Positions 1 to 6,179 of a stretch of 63,377 bases of DNA are shown piece by piece. Both the position numbers and the translations under genes were made by a program. Positions within the stretch are counted from its first letter, which is position 1; each line of letters begins with the position of its first letter. The notes under the pieces are model-generated. The model was not told the DNA's origin, ran no database searches, and was given only the letters and a program-made list of their open reading frames with translations. Where the stretch lies: the NCBI GenBank assembly GCA_035486275.1, contig DATHNG010000217.1:1-63377 (forward strand), written 5' to 3'. This DNA is from Bacteroidia bacterium. GTDB lineage: Bacteria > Bacteroidota > Bacteroidia > JABEUT01.

Positions 1-532
1 TGAGTGGGTTAGTGAATTTACTGATTAATTCATCAGAAATTCTATTGTATTTTTCTGTACTGAAAACAATATCTTTAAATTTAAACCATGGAGGTACTAT
101 ATCTTCGTCTTTCTGAAACTCAAATTTGTAGCGAATATCATCAGGCGCAACTAGGTCTCCACTTAAAATATTAATACACAACTCCTTCCCTTCAAAGCTT
201 CCTTTTAGTCCAATGAATAATGATTGCAAACGTTGCTGCCCATCAAGAACCATCATCTTGGTTTTATTATCCGCTAATATATATGCATCTATAATGCTCA
301 TATCCTTTCTATATGTATCAATAAACTTCCTTCTTCTAATGCTACTTTTGGTTTTCCATACAAGAAGAGTACCTATAGGATATTCTCTCATCATACTATC
401 AAATAAATACTCTATCTGCTCTTCATCCCAAACAAAGCGCCTTTGGATTTTGGGCAGCCAATAACCACCATCTTGTTCTTCATTATTAAGATATCCGACA
501 AACTTCCTGATTGTTTCTTTTGAGTTCTTCAT
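1..532 (-). CDS. DUF262 (ParB-like / GmrSD N-terminal type) domain protein, N-terminal ~177 codons only; the gene runs off the left edge
   Basis: Hand translation of the minus strand from ATG (CAT at 530-532) gives MKNSKETIRKFVGYLNNEEQDGGYWLPKIQRRFVWDEEQIEYLFDSMMREYPIGTLLVWK...KMMVLDGQQRLQSLFIGLKG. The PxxQRxxVW and DGQQR motifs are the DUF262 signature. It is absent from the ORF track because it has no stop in the window. Confidence 0.75.
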   Translation of the reverse strand, partial: MKNSKETIRKFVGYLNNEEQDGGYWLPKIQRRFVWDEEQIEYLFDSMMREYPIGTLLVWKTKSSIRRRKFIDTYRKDMSIIDAYILADNKTKMMVLDGQQRLQSLFIGLKGSFEGKELCINILSGDLVAPDDIRYKFEFQKDEDIVPPWFKFKDIVFSTEKYNRISDELISKFTNPL

Positions 533-760
533 TTTTACTATATTAAATTATTCAGCGACGAATTGAGCGTCAGTAAAATAAAAATATTCTTTTACCTAAC
601 ACTCAGTATAAATACGTAGCGCCCCTTTTTCTTCATTACTTATAAAATTTCACCCATGCTTTAATGTGCTTTACCGCAACAAGTTAGCTCTTAGCCTATT
701 TTTCTTTAATCAAGATTTAGTGTGTATTAGTTTTAGCCTTAACACATTAATACAATTAAT

Positions 761-994
761 ATGAGCACACCGGGAGATAAAACAGAAGATGGAACGTTCA
801 CTTGCGCAAAATGCCATGGTACAGGAATGGTTACATGCAATATATGTAATGGAAGAGGCAGGAGTGAAAGTGGTGAAACGTGTAGTATATGCCAGGGCCA
901 GGGACGGGTGCAGTGCCCTGAATGCAGTGGTAATGGAAACAAGCAGATGATAGCATCTCTATCTCTGCATGCACTTGAATTTCCGACGATTTAA
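761..994 (+). CDS. stand-alone DnaJ-type cysteine-rich zinc-finger miniprotein (77 aa, 4x CxxCxGxG)
   Basis: ORF track. It carries four evenly spaced motifs, CAKCHGTG, CNICNGRG, CSICQGQG and CPECSGNG, which match the CR domain of DnaJ. There is no J domain and no C-terminal domain. It is divergent from the DUF262 gene. Confidence 0.6.
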   Translation: MSTPGDKTEDGTFTCAKCHGTGMVTCNICNGRGRSESGETCSICQGQGRVQCPECSGNGNKQMIASLSLHALEFPTI

Positions 995-997
995 AAT

Positions 998-1027
998 TTA
1001 GGAGTAAGGGGTAAGGAGTAAGGGAAA
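998..1027 (+). repeat. GTAAGG-type repeat, copy A1
   Basis: The sequence is tttaggagtaaggggtaaggagtaagggaaa. Related copies lie at 1256-1288 and 59878-59911. Confidence 0.8.
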
Positions 1028-1044
1028 CTCACTACGATTAATAT

Positions 1045-1230
1045 TCAGCCCTTTGCTTTAATAATTCTACAAACTCTTTGAAATCTTTTCGGAGCATTTT
1101 TATTTATTGAGAAATATTGCTCGCGGAGCAATTCAATGGCTTCCAGACGCTCCGTAAAAGATTTTGTTTCCCAAAAAATACGATCTGCCTTTTTATCTTT
1201 ATTGGTAGTTATTTTAAGGGCCTTTTCCAT
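1045..1230 (-). CDS. small hypothetical protein (61 aa)
   Basis: ORF track 1045..1296, trimmed to MEKALKITTNKDKKADRIFWETKSFTERLEAIELLREQYF...RFQRVCRIIKAKG because the upstream extension is read through a GTAAGG-type repeat. The W..S..ERLEA.E.LR..Y....R.QRV.RI pattern resembles small conserved Bacteroidetes proteins I cannot name. Confidence 0.4.
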   Translation of the reverse strand: MEKALKITTNKDKKADRIFWETKSFTERLEAIELLREQYFSINKNAPKRFQRVCRIIKAKG

Positions 1231-1255
1231 ATTATAAAGATACGAAAAAACCTGA

Positions 1256-1288
1256 ATTAGGAGTAAGGGATAAGGGGTAAGGAATAGG
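1256..1288 (+). repeat. GTAAGG-type repeat, copy A2
   Basis: The sequence is attaggagtaagggataaggggtaaggaatagg, in the same orientation as A1. Together with A1 it brackets the 61-aa ORF. Confidence 0.8.
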
Positions 1289-1296
1289 TAACACAC

Positions 1297-1332
1297 GACC
1301 TCACCCCAGCCCTCTCCTGCAAGCAGAGGAGA
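1297..1332 (+). repeat. GACCTCACCC..CCCTCTCC hairpin REP, copy B1 (degenerate)
   Basis: The sequence is gacctcaccccagccctctcctgcaagcagaggagaa. Confidence 0.7.
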
Positions 1333-1449
1333 ATAATTAAACCCCTGATTTTCAAATTACACCCACCAGAAGAACCATCTGACCGAATAAAAGGGTTAAA
1401 GAAAAGCATGCCATATAATTTTACATCATTAACCAAATAATCAAACGCT

Positions 1450-1605
1450 ATGAACAATCTGCTGTACGTTATAGCCGTAATACTGGTCTTGGTTTGGGCC
1501 ATCGGCTTTTTTGCTTATTCAGGTGGGTACCTTATTCACATTTTATTGGTACTTGCCATAGTAGCCATATTATTAAGAGTAATACGTGGCAGAGATGCTT
1601 TATAA
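1450..1605 (+). CDS. lmo0937-family small membrane protein (51 aa)
   Basis: Hand translation gives MNNLLYVIAVILVLVWAIGFFAYSGGYLIHILLVLAIVAILLRVIRGRDAL*. It has two TM helices with a GG turn and an R-rich tail, typical of the lmo0937/DUF5670 family. It is below the ORF-track length cutoff. Confidence 0.6.
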   Translation: MNNLLYVIAVILVLVWAIGFFAYSGGYLIHILLVLAIVAILLRVIRGRDAL

Positions 1606-1640
1606 AACAATTTAATTCAACACTTTAAAATCTAACAACA

Positions 1641-2258
1641 ATGAAAACATTACTTTCTTCAATCGCAATGCTACTTGGTGGATGCGTATTACTATCATCG
1701 TGCAACCAGGGCGCAGGCCTTTCATTAACAAAAAGGCATTATAACAAAGGCTATTACGTCGACATAAACAGCAAGCGCGAAAACGTTAACCCCAAACAAC
1801 TTACCATAGTTGATAAGAGTAAGAACATTTCGGCCCCTGCAACAGCAATTGCGCCTTCAGCTGCCAATGCAACCGACCCTAACAACAATACCATTGTTGC
1901 CGACAACAGGGTGTCTGCAGGCAGTTCAGTTGCAAGCATTAGCCCGACCGAAAACAAGCGCACCTTGAAAAGTGCTATGAAGAATGTCAATTTTAAAGCC
2001 ATACATTCTATAATAAGCACCCCTGCTTTACTTACAAAGAACATTGCGCATATAGAAAATGCACCGCAAACCGTGGCAGGCACAACCCAGGATGACGGCC
2101 CGCGTGTACATAGTTTGTTCTGGCTGGTTATAACTGTAATACTGGTATTGTGGCTAATAGGTATTCTTACCGGCGATTTCGGAATAGGCATACTTATTAA
2201 CCTGTTACTGATCGTTGCACTTATACTTTTAGTTCTCTGGTTACTCTGGCTTATATAG
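1641..2258 (+). CDS. lipoprotein with a low-complexity middle and a C-terminal lmo0937-like double-TM module
   Basis: The N-terminus has a lipobox, LLGGCVLLSSC. The C-terminus, LFWLVITVILVLWLIGILTGDFGIGILINLLLIVALILLVLWLLWLI, mirrors the preceding 51-aa protein. Confidence 0.6.
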   Translation: MKTLLSSIAMLLGGCVLLSSCNQGAGLSLTKRHYNKGYYVDINSKRENVNPKQLTIVDKSKNISAPATAIAPSAANATDPNNNTIVADNRVSAGSSVASISPTENKRTLKSAMKNVNFKAIHSIISTPALLTKNIAHIENAPQTVAGTTQDDGPRVHSLFWLVITVILVLWLIGILTGDFGIGILINLLLIVALILLVLWLLWLI

Positions 2259-2297
2259 GTAGTTGAAAAGTGTAGTTGGTTTAGCTTTTCAAAAATC

Positions 2298-2348
2298 AGA
2301 AGAGGGATTACATTTGTGTTGTACAGGCACACAAATAATCCCTCTTCT
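2298..2348. repeat. long near-perfect hairpin (13+7 bp stem, 9-nt loop)
   Basis: The arms are agaagagggatta(ca)tttgtgt and acacaaataatccctcttct, with loop tgtacaggc. It lies 40 nt after the stop at 2258. No U-tract follows it. Confidence 0.7.
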
Positions 2349-2361
2349 TGCATTCAGGCTG

Positions 2362-2397
2362 GACCTCACCCTACCCTCTCCTTGAAACAAGTGAGGG
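2362..2397 (+). repeat. GACCTCACCC..CCCTCTCC REP, copy B2
   Basis: The sequence is gacctcaccctaccctctccttgaaacaagtgaggg. Confidence 0.7.
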
Positions 2398-2678
2398 TAA
2401 TAACAGATGGAATTGCCTATTACTGACCTCTTAGAAATGCAGGTAACAAAACAAGTTTGCCGTAGCGTTAAAACTAAACGCTGTTTGAGTCCCCAGGTAT
2501 TAGGGACGAGTTCGTTTAGTTTAGCGAAGAAGGACGTAGTTTTGCCCGCATTACTAAGCAGTCTTGACCTTTTGTTTGTTATTCACAAGTCGAATATTTC
2601 ATTTCAAAGGAGTTCATGCTTGCTGGCGCAGGTTTATGTCAAGATAAAAGAAAGAAGAAGAGGGAATTTAAAAAAGGG

Positions 2679-2769
2679 GACGGGTTACAAAATGCAGAAA
2701 TTTCGCGCAACATAATTATTGATTATCAGCATATTGACGGGTTACAAATTCAAAAAGTGTAACCCGTCA
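2679..2769. repeat. GACGGGTTACA motif x3 (two direct, one inverted forming a 12-bp hairpin)
   Basis: gacgggttacaaa starts at 2679 and at 2736. tgacgggttaca (2735-2746) pairs with tgtaacccgtca (2758-2769). Confidence 0.75.
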
Positions 2770-2858
2770 TTCAATTACGAATTAGGAATCCTAGCCGGAA
2801 AAAAGTGCTTAGTGAAACTTTGTGTTCTTAGTGCCTTAGTGGCAAGAAATCAGTAACC

Positions 2859-2923
2859 AGGTAAAAGGTGGGTGCGGGTTAGTCCGGAGTGCTCGGGAGC
2901 AAGCAGGGAGCCCCACCCCTCCC
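2859..2923 (+). other. GGTGGG-box element, copy G1 (candidate structured RNA or REP)
   Basis: The sequence is aggtaaaaggtgggtgcgggttag ... gcaagcagggag ccccacccctccc. It shares its 5' and 3' boxes with 28523-28611. Confidence 0.5.
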
Positions 2924-2991
2924 ATGAAGGGAATTTACAGCCCCAAATACTTAGCATTGAAGTATTCGTATTGTGTATTCAGGGGCATAAA

Positions 2992-3093
2992 GGGGGGTTT
3001 CGGTTTTTTGAAGGGTAGAAACACTTAATAAATTGAATATCAACTAATTGACGAATAAAAAGGGCCTGAAAACAGAAACCCCCTGAAACACCC
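2992..3093 (-). mobile_element. ~100-bp MITE-like palindromic element, copy C1
   Basis: The terminal inverted repeats are gggggtttcggtttt (left) and aaaacagaaaccccc (right). The reverse complement aligns along its whole length with 18735-18835 at roughly 80 percent identity, estimated by eye. Confidence 0.65.
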
Positions 3094-3121
3094 TTTCATT
3101 CAATTCAGGTAGTTCATCAAC

Positions 3122-3150
3122 AAAAAATGGGCTGCAAATGCAGCCCATTT
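3122..3150 (-). terminator. rho-independent terminator of the NHL/T9SS gene
   Basis: The stem is atgggctgca / tgcagcccat. It is followed on the minus strand by TTTTTTG. It lies 27 nt past the stop. Confidence 0.8.
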
Positions 3151-3176
3151 AAATAACCTAAAAAACAGTTCTTTTT

Positions 3177-4538
3177 TTAATGAACAATAAACTTACCGCT
3201 TCCGGCAAGAGCTCCGTTCAATGTTAATACCCTGTATAAATAAATACCTGCTACTGCCGAGCCCATATTTACCTGTGTGGTATTAGGGTTTACAGTCGCC
3301 TGGTATACTTCTTCACCAATAATATTATATACTTCTATCTTGGCCATACTATTTACCTGCTGTAATGAAACAATAAAGGCGCCATTGTTAGGGTTAGGTG
3401 AGATCTTTACGCTGCTATTAGCGAGAGACACTTCATTTATACCCGAAACAATTGTTAGTTCACGAACACGCTCATTATCGAGGTCGGCCAGGTATATATT
3501 GCCATTAAGGTCAGCCGTAACAGCCGCAGGATAATTTAGTTCAGCATTGGCAGCAGGGCCATTATCGCCAGTAAAGCCAAAAGAGCCATCACCGGCAATA
3601 GTTGAAATAGTACCTGCGGTGTTAACCATACGGACACGACTGTTGCTAAAGTCAGCAATATAAATGTTACCAGACTTATCTACAGCCACTCCTTCAGGAT
3701 AATTTAACTTGGCAGCAGTAGCTGCACCGTTATCACCGGCCATACCTGCAGTACCATTGCCTGCTACTGTAGTAATTGTACCACCTGTGCTAACCTTGCG
3801 GATACGACTGTTGGAATTATCAGCAATATATAAATTGCCCGATGCATCAAGCGCTACACCCATTGGAACAGCTAATTCTGCTGCAGTAGCCGCAGCATTA
3901 TCACCTGAATAGCCATAAGAACCATTACCGGCTACGGTTGTTATAGTACCACCGGCGCTTACCATACGAACGCGGTTGTTATCCTGGTCGGCAATATAAA
4001 GATTACCGGCTACGTCCAGTGCAGCAACACCAGAAGGATTATTTAACTTGGCCGCGGTAGCTGCGGCATTGTCGCCTGCATACCCTTTAGTACCATTACC
4101 TGCAACAGTTGTTATTATACCTGCAGTAGTTACCTTACGGATACGGTAGTTACCCTCGTCAGCAATGTATAAGTTGCCCGACAAGTCGAAACACACTCCG
4201 GAAGGGCCATTTAATTCAGCTGCTGTAGCTGCGCCATTATCACCGGCAAACCCGGCTGTGCCATTACCAACTATGGTTGTAATAAGACCGCTGCTGGTTA
4301 TCATACGTATACGATTGTTGCTAACGTCGGCAACATAAATATTACCGGAGGCATCGGCGCAAACCCCTGAAGGGTTATTTAATTCAGCTGCAGTAGCATT
4401 GCCATTATCGCCTGCAAAACCTGCAGTGCCATTACCGGCTATGGTTTTTATATCATAGGTTTGGGCTGTTGCGTTTGTAAACGGTAATGTAACCGCCAAC
4501 GCAAATAAGGAAGAAACTAAGTAAGTATTCTTTTTCAT
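3177..4538 (-). CDS. NHL-repeat beta-propeller protein with T9SS type A C-terminal sorting domain
   Basis: ORF track, with the start trimmed to the signal peptide MKKNTYLVSSLFALAVTLPFTNATAQ (CAT 4536-4538). About eight ~47-aa repeats follow: GNGTAGFAGDNGAATAAELNxPSGVxxDxSGNIYIADxxNxRIR. The tail ISPNPNNGAFIVSL..IEVYNIIGEEVYQ..GIYLYRV..GKFIVH is a T9SS type A CTD. Confidence 0.85.
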   Translation of the reverse strand: MKKNTYLVSSLFALAVTLPFTNATAQTYDIKTIAGNGTAGFAGDNGNATAAELNNPSGVCADASGNIYVADVSNNRIRMITSSGLITTIVGNGTAGFAGDNGAATAAELNGPSGVCFDLSGNLYIADEGNYRIRKVTTAGIITTVAGNGTKGYAGDNAAATAAKLNNPSGVAALDVAGNLYIADQDNNRVRMVSAGGTITTVAGNGSYGYSGDNAAATAAELAVPMGVALDASGNLYIADNSNSRIRKVSTGGTITTVAGNGTAGMAGDNGAATAAKLNYPEGVAVDKSGNIYIADFSNSRVRMVNTAGTISTIAGDGSFGFTGDNGPAANAELNYPAAVTADLNGNIYLADLDNERVRELTIVSGINEVSLANSSVKISPNPNNGAFIVSLQQVNSMAKIEVYNIIGEEVYQATVNPNTTQVNMGSAVAGIYLYRVLTLNGALAGSGKFIVH

Positions 4539-4739
4539 GGTTAAAATGGTTTGAGTGTTTGTAGAACAAATATACAAATAAATAGAGTTAAACTATAATA
4601 TAGAAGGAAACGCTTGCCAGCCGAGCGAGCGGAAAAAGGGGCACGATAATGCATTCAATTCACTGCTTTCTTTAAATTTTCTATTTTTATGCTCAGGTTA
4701 ACACGTATGGCAACAGCAATTATTAAGTCATAGAGGGGC

Positions 4740-6179
4740 ATGGTATTCAGCAGCATTATTTTCCTGTTCTATTTCCTGCCTGTTTTTTTGCTTGCCTATT
4801 TCCTGATAGATAAAAAGTACAAGAACGGGCTAATACTGATAGCCAGCATACTGTTTTACAGTTGGGGCGCGCCTAAGTTCATTTTTGTAATACTGTTCAC
4901 TACCTTTCTCGATTTTCACCTGGTGCGGTGGATGTCGAAAACAGAAACCCGCCTGTACCGCAGGCTCATGCTGACGCTTTCGGTAGCTGTTAACCTTGGG
5001 CTGCTTATTTACTTTAAGTATTCCAACTTTTTTATTGAAAATGTAAATGTGTTGCTTACACATCTTTTTCATTCCCACGAAATTACCTGGACCAAGCTTG
5101 TTCTTCCGCTGGGGATTTCGTTTTATACCTTCGAAACTATAACATATGTAGTAGATGTTTACAGAGGTGTACACAAGCCGCTAAAGAATTTCTGGGATTA
5201 CCAGTTGTATATTATCCTATTCCCGAAACTTATAGCCGGGCCTATTATACGTTACCACGAACTTGCTGACCAGATAACCGACCGCAGCGAGTACGAAACA
5301 ACCGACAACAGGTTAATGGGCTTTTACAGGTTTACCATTGGGCTATCGAAAAAAGTGCTAATAGCTAATGTATTGGGTGAACAGGCAACTGCAATATTTG
5401 GTGATGCGCATAGTTACGCAACGCTCGATTCGTACACAGCGTGGATTGGTATACTCGCTTATACATTCCAGATATATTTTGATTTTTCGGGTTACTCCGA
5501 CATGGCCATCGGGCTTGGAAAAATAATGGGGTTCCGTTTCCCAGAGAATTTCAACAACCCTTACACTTCGCAAAGTATAACTGAGTTCTGGCGGCGCTGG
5601 CATATAACCCTTGGTAACTGGATGAAGAACTACCTTTATATACCACTGGGCGGCAACAGAGTAAACAGCAAACTAAGGCTTTACTTTAATCTTTGGCTTG
5701 TATTTTTAGCATCGGGCCTTTGGCATGGCGCATCATGGAGTTTTGTTTTCTGGGGGGCGTATCATGGTTTTTTCCTGGTAATAGAAAGGATATTCCTGCT
5801 CAGCATATTTCAGAAAATGGGCAAACTGCTTAGTACTATTCTAACCTTTTTTATTGCAGCTATTGGCTGGGTATTCTTCAGGGTTGAAAAGCTGCACGAT
5901 GCTTTTATCTATATAAAACGGCTGTTCAGTTTTCACTTTACTGAAAGCCATTTAGCCATGTTCGATGCAAAGTTTTACACCCTGTTTTTCATTGCAGCGT
6001 TCTTTGCTTTTTTCACGTATTTCAAACGCGGGCAAAAGATACAAGATGCTGTTTATTTTAATGAGTACACGAACACCAGGCACACGGTGCTTGCAGTTGT
6101 ATCGGGTATACTTATTCTTTTAGCGGCCAGTTCCATAACGTCTTCAGACTTTAACCCATTTATATATTTCAGGTTCTGA
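4740..6179 (+). CDS. MBOAT family O-acyltransferase (AlgI/PatA/DltB-like)
   Basis: This is a 479-aa multi-pass membrane protein. It carries the MBOAT hallmarks FWRRWHITLGNWMKNYLYIPLGGNR and GLWHGASW. Confidence 0.9.
   Translation: MVFSSIIFLFYFLPVFLLAYFLIDKKYKNGLILIASILFYSWGAPKFIFVILFTTFLDFHLVRWMSKTETRLYRRLMLTLSVAVNLGLLIYFKYSNFFIENVNVLLTHLFHSHEITWTKLVLPLGISFYTFETITYVVDVYRGVHKPLKNFWDYQLYIILFPKLIAGPIIRYHELADQITDRSEYETTDNRLMGFYRFTIGLSKKVLIANVLGEQATAIFGDAHSYATLDSYTAWIGILAYTFQIYFDFSGYSDMAIGLGKIMGFRFPENFNNPYTSQSITEFWRRWHITLGNWMKNYLYIPLGGNRVNSKLRLYFNLWLVFLASGLWHGASWSFVFWGAYHGFFLVIERIFLLSIFQKMGKLLSTILTFFIAAIGWVFFRVEKLHDAFIYIKRLFSFHFTESHLAMFDAKFYTLFFIAAFFAFFTYFKRGQKIQDAVYFNEYTNTRHTVLAVVSGILILLAASSITSSDFNPFIYFRF

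Noticed and set aside
213-464. 83-aa plus-strand ORF from the track
   Set aside because: It lies antisense to a convincing DUF262 reading frame carrying the QRxxVW and DGQQR motifs. Its own sequence is low-complexity and hydrophobic with no recognisable features.
1754-2353. 199-aa minus-strand ORF overlapping 1641..2258
   Set aside because: The plus-strand frame has a lipobox and an lmo0937-like C-terminus paralogous to the neighbouring gene. The minus-strand frame has no motifs and runs into the long hairpin at 2298-2348.
2400-2640. Possible tmRNA, SRP RNA or other housekeeping RNA in the large spacer
   Set aside because: There is no tRNA-like acceptor or T-arm (no GGTTCGA-type T-loop), no tag-ORF ending in ALAA-stop and no SRP GGAA/AGCA domain IV motif. 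I also saw no tRNA-like sequence elsewhere in the window.
2407-2715. 102-aa ORF inside the 918-bp spacer
   Set aside because: It is read through REP and hairpin modules (for example the aaactaaacg..cgtttagttt stem). It has no signal, domain or plausible start context, so it is most likely spurious.
3540-4440. Regular ~141-bp periodicity that could be mistaken for a repeat array or CRISPR
   Set aside because: The periodicity is the coding repeat of the NHL propeller blades, an uninterrupted ORF with conserved protein motifs. Likewise, the ~280-bp periodicity at 49560-50900 comes from PKD domains. There are no direct repeats separated by unique spacers anywhere in the window.
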